64,000 bases of DNA from the NCBI RefSeq assembly GCF_021028975.2, contig NC_059433.1:34410001-34474000 (forward strand). Reading direction: 5' to 3'. Made by a program: the position numbers and the translations under genes. This DNA is from Sphaerodactylus townsendi (lineage: Eukaryota). The notes under the pieces were generated by a model. The model saw nothing but the letters and a program-made list of their open reading frames with translations, searched no databases and was not told the DNA's origin. Positions 26,773 through 37,520 of the stretch are shown here, piece by piece; position 1 is the stretch's first letter; every line of letters begins with the position of its first letter.

Positions 26773-26885
26773 AAGCTTGATTCATAGTCCCAAGCTTTCT
26801 CCTGTCTCTTCATTTCTGTTTTTGATTTCTTCTTTTTTGTCTCTTCGGGGTTCCTCTTCCTTGATCCACAATCATCATTACCTTT

Positions 26886-27523
26886 TGTGACAGATTCTAG
26901 GACTCTGCTAAAGTGTAAGCAGAGCAAACATGAATATAAAAAGTTAATTATAGAAGCATAAAAGAGAGTGAGGGATTGCTTCTGATTGACTGGAGGAGAG
27001 AGTGCCAGTTAATTTGGTTGGTTAATTTGAACAGAAACAACAGTTGGAAGAGAGTTTTTGAAGAGGCAGAGGTTGAACGAACAACTCTAAAAGCTGAAAG
27101 CTTTGCTTTTTGAGAGGATTGCCAGACTGATGCAGCTGGTCTGATCTGTGTTCCCTTGTCACAGCTTAACACAGAGTAGTGTTTCAAAGATAACCCAAGG
27201 ATATTGGTTATGTTTGGGAAAGATATGTTGAAGGGGAGAGGAAATGAGGCTTCTAATTCTAGTGGTACCTGAAGAGAAAAGGGAAAATCCTGCTCATAAT
27301 CCATATGAAGAAGCAATAATCATATGATAGATTGTCCTCAGTCTGGTGTTAGGTCAAACAGCTAAGATTTTACCTCAGGGTAAACATATTCTATCAAGCT
27401 ATCTAGAGCTGAAAAAATTCTAATAACTCTAGTGTTAGGAGGCACACAGACCTAATTGGAATGATGAATTCCTCAGAAAAACTGACTGTATTTAGAGCCT
27501 TCTATACTAAACATAAGGAGAGG
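26886..27523. mobile_element. Possible LTR fragment running into an assembly gap
   Basis: Starts TGTGACAG and has LTR-like purine-rich composition. The other end is not visible. Confidence 0.25.
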
Positions 27524-27682
27524 NNNNNNNNNNNNNNNNNNNNNNNNNNNNNNNNNNNNNNNNNNNNNNNNNNNNNNNNNNNNNNNNNNNNNNNNNNNNN
27601 NNNNNNNNNNNNNNNNNNNNNNNNNNNNNNNNNNNNNNNNNNNNNNNNNNNNNNNNNNNNNNNNNNNNNNNNNNNNNNNNNN
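27524..27682. other. Assembly gap (159 N)
   Basis: Run of N. Confidence 1.
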
Positions 27683-28139
27683 GAATTCACTTCCAAGTAA
27701 CTGCACAAGGGATTTCAGATTATTTCTCATTTGCAATGCCATCTCAGAGTCCCCTCAGTTATTCAAGATTGATTAGGTGTTTTTTCTTCTGAAACTGATT
27801 TTCAAAAATTGGGTAATTTAGCTATTTGTGACATAGTTTAGCTGGCATTTCTAGGAATAGCTGCCAGTTCAGCTCACGTCCTGTTACTGTATTGTTCATC
27901 TATTCAGGGAGATAATTTACTAATGGGTTGTTTGGCTGTTGGTAACCTGTTCATATTTCTATTTGGCACAATAGGCTAGGCTATGAATAGCTTTTGTCCT
28001 GGTTTCCTGATCAATATTGACAGAACTTTATGAAACCAACATACTGTTACCTGGATCCCTGTCTATTGGGACAGTAAATCTTGATTAATATGACCAGCAC
28101 TTTACTTTGATCCTGCCTGAGCCTGTAAAATATAGTGTT

Positions 28140-28280
28140 ATTCAATCCTCTCTCTTGACTGAAAGAGGATGATTTAAAAAAAACAAAAACACTCTCTCTC
28201 GATTGGAAAATCATGGCCAATTATAGACCTTTGTTAAACTTTCTCTATTTAGGTAAAATAATCAAGACAGTGGTGGTGGT
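28140..28280 (+). mobile_element. L2 LINE reverse transcriptase fragment
   Basis: MANYRPLLNFLYLGKIIKTVV resembles the L2 motif NYRPISNLPFLGKxxERVV. Confidence 0.7.
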
Positions 28281-28333
28281 GGTGGTTTCCTGGATGACAC
28301 GTGTGCCGAGGATCAATTTAGATGAAGAGTTCG

Positions 28334-28515
28334 TTTTTATACCCTACTTTTCTTTTATTTTTAGAGTCATGAAGTGGCATACATTTGACTCCCCTTTTTC
28401 TTCCCCACAACAGGCATTTTGTGAGGTAGGTAGGACTGAGAAAGTTCTAGAAAACTGTGACTAGCCCAAGGTCACCCAAGAGGCTTCATGTGTAGAAAGT
28501 GTGGAAACAAACCTT
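28334..28515 (-). mobile_element. Squamate CORE-type SINE fragment
   Basis: CCCCACAACAGGCATTTTGTGAGGTAGGTAGGACTGAGA...TGTGACTAGCCCAAGGTCACCCA. Similar decayed pieces lie near 11990-12090 and 44060-44160. Confidence 0.75.
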
Positions 28516-29841
28516 GTCCATCATCTCTGTAAAGGAAAAGAAAAGGTCACACTAAGAACTTTCAGAAACCTCAAGTATTTTCTGATCTGATGGTGGGGTG
28601 ACTGCTGAAGAGGGGAACATGTGTGTGTAACCAAGAAACAAACCTGAAGGGAATGTATACTCAAAGCAAAGGAAGACCACACATGTGTAAAAAAACCCAC
28701 CCTCTCTAAATTATCCCTGAATACAAAAGTCAACTTAGGAAAGGATACTTGAGCAAACAGCCAAAATAGGCCTCTTTGGTTCAGATTTATCTTTAGCCAC
28801 TGGTAGGCAGGAAAAACAACAACCCCAAACAAGTATTAACCCCAAAACTACTTCCTCTGACTAATTTCTCTCTTACGACCACCTTATTTAAATTGCCATC
28901 ATTGTATAGTTGTGTTTAACTCAGCACTCTGCCCACCCCTGGGCACTACCAGCTTAGCCCATCAGCTTAGTATCAAAGACCCTGAGCTTGCCTGACCTTT
29001 TGCTAAGCCAAGAGTCTGCTCTCACTAATTCCCCACTCTAAAAGGGACAGACTCCCACCATTTTGAGCAACACAGTATGGGTCACTCCACACTTTTTAAC
29101 CAAAGAGTCATTTCCCCCCAGAAGTGGCAGGAGATACAACCAAAAAGATTTTTAGAACCTGTCGGATCCAAAAACAATTAAACCATTCTTTTCACTCTCT
29201 TTCCACACTCTACCCTCCAAAATTTTAAGGGTCCTCATTGGTCATTTCTGGCTTTCTCTATCAGACCACTAGATTAACAGATAGGAAAAAGTGGAAAGAC
29301 TTGGCTCTGTCCATAACACATGCCTTTATATTTTGGGCAAAACAAGAGGAAATATTTTTCACCATTGCTAATGGAGAACAAGATGTAGTGTTCATGGCAG
29401 AACTTGCTTTGAAAGATATCGGTATGTAACCATAATTGCATGATCAAAAGGGTATTTAAAAAGTATTAAAGGATAACAAATCTATGTTGCAAATGCTTCC
29501 ACAGAGAACACGCACAAAACATTTCTAGCCCCAATAGAATTTGTTCTTTTGCAATGTGAAGCAAATAGTACTACAAGCATTAGACCTTAATGCTATTTGG
29601 AACTATTGTTCCACAGCTTTGGGCAATTTGTGAACCTGCTATCCAGTATTCCCTTAGGTTGTTCCATTCTGTTCTCAGTTTCAACTCCCAAAGGGAGTAA
29701 TGCAGCTGAGTGGAAATGTTCTAGTAACTATGAATTTCCTACCATGAGATCTTTCTTTCTGCACTATATAAAAGATATGAGAGAGAGAGAGAGAGAGAGC
29801 TCCTGTGAGGTAAATAAAGATTCAATAACTCATGAAAGTAA

Positions 29842-30000
29842 TGGGGTGTCGTGTGGTTTCCGGGCTTCAGAGGATCCTCTGAAGATGCCAGCCACAGATG
29901 CAGGCGAAACATCAGGAGAAAATGCTACTAGAACACTATAAAGCCCAGAAACCACACAACACCCCAGTGATTCTGACTGTGAAAGCCTTCGACAATACAT
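29842..30000 (+). mobile_element. Penelope-like element relic (inverted pseudo-LTR, internally deleted)
   Basis: Inverted arms TGGGGTGTCGTGTGGTTTCCGGGCT (29842-29866) and AGCCCAGAAACCACACAACACCCCA (29942-29966), with the tail GTGAAAGCCTTCGACAATACAT recalled from squamate Penelope elements. Confidence 0.85.
29875..29917 (+). ncRNA. Minimal type I hammerhead ribozyme motif (Penelope-associated)
   Basis: TCCT - CTGAAGA (29879-29885) - helix II GCC...GGC - GAAAC (29906-29910) - ATC - AGGA. TCCT/AGGA can form helix I. Confidence 0.7.
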
Positions 30001-32954
30001 GTAAATAATGTTACTGACTAAAGGTTGAATAGAGGTTTAATTAATAGAAATTAGAAGTTAAATCTGTGATATGTGGATGATACTCTGTCAATTCTCTCTT
30101 TTGTATACAAAATATCATGCAATTTCTGAAGATCCCATTATCCTCAGATGTGACTTTTAGGAGGCTTTTCCAGAGGAAAGGAGGGGTTTACAGGCAAAAC
30201 AGTTGTGGGGGAGGGCCACTTAAAAAGCTTAAAAAGCTAGTGGAAGCCACCATGGACCAACACAGCATATTAGCCTACCGCATACCCCACTCCTGCACAT
30301 GACCTGAAGTGGTTCTATACTTCCTTCAGACAAACTGGAGTACTTTAGCAAAAGGGAGAATGCAGCAAAAAAATTTTGCAAGCAGATACAGAAATGAAGA
30401 GAGGTGATACTCATAGCTGGGACAAAGAAGAGCTAATGATTCACATAAAGTTCAACCAAAATAGAGGAATCAGGCCCTCTTTATCTATGCAGAACTGTAT
30501 TCTGGAAAGATTGCCCTTATTTTGAGCCAACAGCAGTCAACTCCAGCCAGTTCCTTCTGGCTAAACAATTACTTATCCTTGATGACGGAATACTATTTCC
30601 TTTCTCAGTAGCCATGAGGACTTTTGTTTAAAGATAATGGTACTCACAATGAGACTCCTGTCCCAGTGTCACGAAGCCAGTGTACAACCAACTTTATGGT
30701 CTCATAGATTTCCCCTTCATTAAAAAAGTGCTCACCTAACCTTTGTAATGATTATTTAATGCTTCAGCACAGAAGGAACCAAGGCCTAAGGCTACTGATC
30801 CTCAAGTACCCTGCCCTGACAATCGTCAGAGTTAAACAGGCAGAACAAATCCTATCAAACTAGAAAGGTAAACATTTCTTACTCATTCCCCAAAGCAACC
30901 AGCATGCCATAATTTGGGAAGAAGGGAGAAGGCACATTGGATCAAGGAATAAAGAGGTAGAGGAGGAGCTCTGCTGAGCTTTCACAGTTCTTTAGATTTC
31001 AGTCTAATTTCTTGACCAAGATTTGACGAGCATATTTCTGTTCACACATATAACTAAATGGATTTCAAGTGTGTCACTTTTATCTGTTGATATCACAGGT
31101 TTGATCAAAAGAGCTTTAATAAGATGAAAGGAAAGGATAGCACAGGTTCTGTTTTTAAAAACTTTCTCTCTTTGAATGCTCTTTTTTTTTTAAAAAAAAG
31201 GAAGGCCAAAACATTCTAAAATAGGATGCAATTTTCTTTTATATAAGGAATAGTTAAAGAATGGATTAGCTTGCTGGCAGTGATGCTTTTTCAACGCTGT
31301 TTTGTGAACTCCCATGTTCCTAAGCTGTTGAATATTTATCCCTTTGAATTGTTTTCCCTTCGATTCTTTACATACTTGGATCATTTTGGCAAGGCAAAAT
31401 CCATCATTTCTGTTCTAGAAAGGTAATATATTTCACAATCAGATTTATAAAAAATGCTATTGTTGTTGCATTGTGAATTGCTATGAGGCAAAAAAACCGT
31501 GGAGAGCATAAAGGACACAGTTGCACAAACAGTATGCATGATAAACTTTACAGTCATCTTTAGCACACAGTATTAAAGGTTGGCAAATATAGTAGTATCT
31601 ATGAATATATTTCCAATAGCAGTGGGGTTTTTCTTCAACACAAAGAGCCTTTCCCTGACATGAGAGGCTTTTTTTTTTACCAGAGGACGAGCATCTTGCA
31701 TCAAAAGAAGGCTCCTTGTGCTAGAGGGAAACTGAGTGGTGACTGGAATTAATCTGTGGGACATCCAGCAATGCCAGTTTCAGGTGTGTACTAGCTGTGA
31801 GAGGAGCTTTGACTTCATTTATTGATTGACTGTCTTGAAACCTTTTACTATGGCAATCTTGTTGGTCTTTAAGGTGTTACTGGACTCTAGTGGTGATGGA
31901 AAGCTTCCAGTTCCATCCTCTAGACATCAGTGCCAATACCGGATCCCAGAATATATATGCAAATTTGAAAATACTATAACTAACTAGAAGCCATGAATTC
32001 TTTATGAAGGGGGAAAGAGTTAGAGAAGGAAACAGGGCCTGCCAGTTCCGAAACCCGGTGGGTGGGTGTCACAGTATAACGCAAAGGAAAGGTAAACCAG
32101 TTCATCTGCAAAAATAAATAACTTTTTATATCAAAATAAGAGGAGGGAATAAGATTATTGTTTTGTCACTAGAAGATGTCTGTGTGAAGGAGAAAAGGAG
32201 AAAGTCCAAATCACCTCAGAAACTTCTGCTGCTCTCCCCATATCCACTTGGTAACTTCATTGAGTTACCCAGACATCTGAGTAATTACATTTAGTGTTAC
32301 TCAGAACCAGCCATTTATGAAACGCTGTCTTTCGCTAGTCAAACATAGGGACTTGGGACTCTGTTGTGGACTGAGAGGGAGATTTAGGAGTGGATGGGTG
32401 GGATCTATTGTCAGTATACTTTATATCAGCCTCTTAATTTGTCCAGGCTCCAGGTATACAATCCCAGAGGAGTATTAAGACTGGAAAAGAAAATAAATGG
32501 CCACAACCATTGAGGTTAGTGATAAGGAAAAAAAGAGTTTAAAAAAGAACCTGTACATTGTATCAGCCTCTGTGTTTCAATTCAACATTGATATATGTTC
32601 ACCCAGTATAATGAACTCCTGGCACTGAAAAGCAAAAATAGCATTAAGAGATGTTCTGCCAGTAATACTTTGCTATAATGGTACATCCGCTACTCAAGCT
32701 GATGGTTAACATGGGTTCAGGAGACTTGATCTTCAGACATACCATACCATACTTATCTTGTTTATTACACAAATACCACTTAGACATTTCTCACAAAATA
32801 TAGTATGAGTCTCTTCCTACTCAGACTCTACCTCTGAGCTCTCCATGGTGGTCAACCCCCACCCCTGGAGTGCTTCACTGGCCTCAGAATGGATAGGAGT
32901 TGATGACTTTGAGTCTTCCCTTTCCCTGGCTACAAGGTTCCTTGTTCTGAGCTG

Positions 32955-33216
32955 CAGAGGCATATCTAGGCAAACTGGAGCCCGGGGCCAAAACCTGAAT
33001 TTGGCACCCCCCACCCCGTATGGGTGGCCACCCTCCCCCACCACGACCAAACAATGATTTTTTACACCAGCCCACAAAACACCTCCTACTTCCAGCTAGC
33101 CTAAAAACTGTGCCCCCTGCAGGCTGAAAACTGAAAAAACACTAAAAATAGAAAAAACACACAAATGAACCTGAAATTTTTGCAGTACCCCATGTCCCTA
33201 GGCAAATACCCCACTG
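32955..33216. mobile_element. hAT non-autonomous element (deletion derivative related to 57126-58440)
   Basis: Perfect 8-bp TSD CTGAGCTG at 32947-32954 and 33217-33224. Ends CAGAGGCATAT...ATACCCCACTG. Shares CCACCACGACCAAA and CTAGCCTAAAAACTG(T/C)GCCCCCTGCAGGC with the 57-58 kb element. Confidence 0.9.
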
Positions 33217-34229
33217 CTGAGCTGTCCTCTCAGTCAATATCCTCTTCGACTGCAGATCAGAGCTCTCATTTTACTCACTCATTCACTCACTCACTCACCA
33301 AAAGGCTCAGGGCAGTGTACAACATTATTAAATATAATACAATAAAACACATAAAACAATAAATTAAGTTCCACCGTTAAAACAACCAGTATGGTGACTT
33401 TACCTCCCAACCCCAACCCCGCCCACAGGAGACCTAGATGACATGAGGGTCTGATGGCTTTTGGATTTTAAAGGGGTTGCTCCACTTCTCCAATCTCTCT
33501 TCTACCAATGGATGCTCTATGGGCCTTCCCCCGATACCTGCCTATAGGAGGATTCACCCATTGTGCTCACCCACATCCCCAGTGTGCTCTCTTGATTCTC
33601 TCTTGATTGGCTTGATCACCAGGCCCCCTCCAGGTTTCTTGCTGCTCAGCCCTGCCTACTGGTCTCACTCTGTGAGTTCTGGGCTCCTGATTCCCCCATG
33701 CTGTGCTGTCTCCTCCTCTTCCCATGGATTTTGTGGCTGCATTGATTGGGCATGTTCTGGCCTGTGGCCTCTCAGGCCCTACTGGCTGAGTTTCAGCTGT
33801 TGTTGCCTGAGCAGGTGAGGTGTGCGCCCAGGTTGTGACAGATTGCCATTTCTGGCCTCCATTGGGGCCCTCTGCAAGGCAAAGGTGAGGTGCTATAGGG
33901 TATGGAGATAGCCAGTGGACCTGGGACAGCTAGTGAATGGATTGGGCAAGTCTGGGATGTCAAAGGCATATGCATGTTCAGACATCTAGGGATTGATTGA
34001 TTGATTGAAATGATGCCATTGCCTAGAGAGATGAACTCTTTTCTTGCCTTTCCTTACCTTCATATGTTCAGATAGTCACAATCATAGAAGTGTTTGTGAC
34101 TATCATGGCGTCTCATTCAGTCTGAGCTTTTGTTAGTTTCTGGTTGTACTCACTGAATGGGGCAAATTACTGGCTAAAGAGTAAACTGGGTCTAACTCTG
34201 GTCTCCTCAGTTGAGGATCTTTAATTCGA

Positions 34230-36480
34230 CAGGTAGATTAGTTTGGGTTTATTTTGACCTGCTAGCTCTGATAAAATCCAGGATTAGTACTGACTGGAAG
34301 CATGCTGTTTTGGCAGAAGCCTCTTCACCCCCCCCCTTTTTCTTTTAAGTTTCCCACTTTTGTTTTTTTGTTTAAGTTCTCCTTTTGGATCTGCAATACA
34401 AATATTTTGAGCATTGAAGAAAAAGCTATCTCTACCAGGAAAGAAAGAAGTTGTTGTTGGAACAATATTAAATGGATTTTAAGACTCTTAGACTTAAACA
34501 TTCAATACAGATGGCCAACTACAAAGCTGATTTATCCTCCCGTGGTGAGGTATGTGGGCTTTCTCTCAGTTGTGAGAAGCTTTTGAAGTAATTTATAAGC
34601 ATTTGAGAGACCTTTTGGTAAAATCCCTTGTTTGATATTTGTTCAGTCTTTTGGACTGGAGTTGCTTATGGGGCTCTTTGCTAACCAAATGGATTACAAA
34701 CTCTTTTGGCTCAGATAATATAAAATGTTTGGATTTAAAGGCATTTAGGACTGTTTTTTTGGTTATAATAAAGGAGCGAGTGATGGGGGAGTTCTGGACT
34801 GATTTATAGCACTTGAAGGACCTCTTTGCAAAAGCAAAAAGCTGATTGTGGAAACAGTGGGTAAAGTTTGGTTAAAACAGGTCTCCAGGCTGGAAACAGC
34901 TGGAAACAGGCTGGAAACAGCTTCATACCAAAACTGTTTTCTACAGACTGTGGGAATAAGGGCCAGTGTTCATCATAATACTATACTCCCTGATACAAGC
35001 AGATAACTACTACAGCTTTGTGGAATACTTTTATAGCTGCTATCTTGTGGATTTTCTGAGATGATATCTTAATTATTTTAAAAATGCCTACAAGCCTAAC
35101 AAAAATTATTCAGTTACTCTCTTTGCAAATAGGTCAATCAGAAAACAATATGAGGCAAACTCTCAAGAGTTTAAAACAGGAAATCATAAAAATGGATTTT
35201 AATTTAAGAGAAGAGCTAAAGAAGAAGTCACAGAATATTAGATCAGAACTAACATCAATAATTAATGGAGGAATCCAAAGGAACATACTAAACTCAGTAA
35301 AAATAACATAGACTCAACTGGAATATATTCACCAAACAGACAGTTATGATAAAAGAATACAGAATGCCAAGGTGAGAGCTGAAGTTTCAGAAGTTCAAGG
35401 GAGAGGAAAAATACCAAGGATTCCTGAAATAATATGCAAAAAAGACCTTAAAGAAGAATTTGGCAAGATTCTGCGAAGTATATTTCAGCTAATGAGAACC
35501 TGTCTTGCAGAACTGGTTCAGTATCCACTGCATTCAATTGGAAATTCAATCTGCTTCAGAGCTGTCCCTACTTGCATTGAATACAATTACAGAAATGGTG
35601 ATTCAAATAAAATAGCTGGTAATATGTCTCACAGACAAAGCTTCTTTTGAAAATTCAAAGAGTAGATTCCACAAAAAAAATCAGTAAATCTAGACCAGAA
35701 AGAAACATTTATTTATTTTATTTATATTTATTTAAAATTTTGAATTTGCTAAAACGCTCACCTCCGGAGGACACTGGGTGGTGTACAATATAACATTCCA
35801 GTTAAAAACATCATAAAACATTATAAAGCATTAAAACCAAAAATTTCCAGAAAATCCCAAAAATCAACTGTCCAGAAGACAGCAAAAAAGAATAAAAAAT
35901 AGGCAATTTTTTCATATGTGATTGATTTGTAAAAAGATAAGAAAATGTTAGATACTAATTCTTACAAAGACCCCCTAGAACACCAAGGATTAAATATGTT
36001 CCAAATTTATTGATGTTATAATTATGTTGCCAAATACTTTTTAAATAGCAATTAGTAAAATAGTAATAAAAATACAAGAATATGTGCTGGAATGCTAAGA
36101 ATAATCTGGTTTAGTGTTTTATATATGAGATGGATCTGTAATGTATATAAATATGTGTGTGTGTGTGTTTGTGTGTGTCCGTGTGTGCATGCTTTTTAAT
36201 ATATGTATTGGATTTTCAAAAAGATAACAAAATTGTAGATATTAATTTATACCAAGACTCCAAAAACACTGAAGATCAATTTTTAACCAGATCTTAAAAT
36301 TAAAGATGTCGTGGTATAATCATCTGGTTAGACACTTTTTCTTAACAGTTGAACAGTAATAAAAATGCAAGAGTCATTGTTGAGAAAAAAATAAATATAT
36401 GTGATGGATCTGTAAAAAGACAAAAGTGTTGGGTATTAATTTACACTGAAACCTTAAGAATTACCAAAGATTAATCTTCA
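34230..36480 (+). mobile_element. Decayed L1-like 5' region with coiled-coil ORF1 remnant
   Basis: A-rich sense strand. The 35084-35311 peptide (QTLKSLKQEIIKMDFNLREELKKK) has heptad character. An L2-type tail interrupts at ~35710-35850. Confidence 0.45.
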
Positions 36481-36679
36481 GATGGGTCTTAAAGATGTTA
36501 TACAAGCTGTTATACAAGAGATGTTATACTTAAAGATGTTATACAAGCTGTTATACAAGAGATCATGGAACGGACCCCTCGTGCAGCTGTGTTGGCTTCC
36601 CTGCCACCTCTGAAGCCCACGGGCTTTGGAGGCAGCAGGACAGAGTTGCTATCTCAGAAGCCTGCTTGGGTTTCTGCGG

Positions 36680-36812
36680 NNNNNNNNNNNNNNNNNNNNN
36701 NNNNNNNNNNNNNNNNNNNNNNNNNNNNNNNNNNNNNNNNNNNNNNNNNNNNNNNNNNNNNNNNNNNNNNNNNNNNNNNNNNNNNNNNNNNNNNNNNNNN
36801 NNNNNNNNNNNN
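36680..36812. other. Assembly gap (133 N)
   Basis: Run of N. Confidence 1.
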
Positions 36813-37025
36813 AAATGAATGATTTACATGAGTACAATAATATATAGAAGTTGGTAAACAAATGTATTAAGCTCTTTTCTATTTTGAATATGATGGGCAT
36901 TTTGTTTTCAGTTTAACAAACTATCAATGCAGATTGTTCTCCCTCCCCCCTCTTTTTTCCTGAATTTCCCCCTGTTTTTTTCTGTATTATTCCTTTTTTA
37001 TATATGGAATAAAAAAATCTTTTGA
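36813..37025 (+). mobile_element. L1-like 3' tail
   Basis: T/C-rich 3' UTR-like tract ending in AATAAAAAAA near 37008. Confidence 0.4.
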
Positions 37026-37099
37026 AAAAATATCTCTTCCTTCTTGTGCTCAGTTTTGTATTTTGGCAGTGGGCAGAGCTGAATACCAAAGGTGAAAAA

Positions 37100-37520
37100 A
37101 GGCAGCACGTGTTTCAACTTTTTCAGCTTTTGGTGGTGGGGCAACTAGCAGAGCTGAATGCAGGCATCAACTCAACTGATCTTTGCACCCAACTCCCCCT
37201 TGCTGCCGCAGAAACCCAAGCAGGCTTCTGAGATAGCAACTCTGTCCTGCTGCCTCCGAAGCCCGTGGGCTTCAGAGGTGGCAGGGAAGCCAACACAGCT
37301 GCACGAGGGGTCCGTTCCATGATCTCTGCACACAGCTTTGTGGACCACAGGTTTTTTTAACTTTGGCTTTAAAAAAACCACCTCCCACCCCCCTGAAGAT
37401 ATCTATATGGGAGTTCGGGTTCTCAGTCTTTTAAAGCCAAACTGAAAAAAAATCGGGAAAATTATGCACTGAGTGAGGGGGATTTCCCCCAAGGAGCCAG
37501 AAGCCTCCCCCAAGATGATT
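37100..37520 (-). mobile_element. L1-like 5' UTR/ORF1 start fragment
   Basis: GC-richer, CpG-containing block with composition typical of squamate L1 5' ends. Part is duplicated in inverted orientation at 36558-36679. Confidence 0.35.

Noticed and set aside
36565-36822. Duplicated MERTPRAAVLASLPP ORF as a gene pair
   Set aside because: It results from the inverted duplicate beside the gap, and one copy is extended only by Ns.
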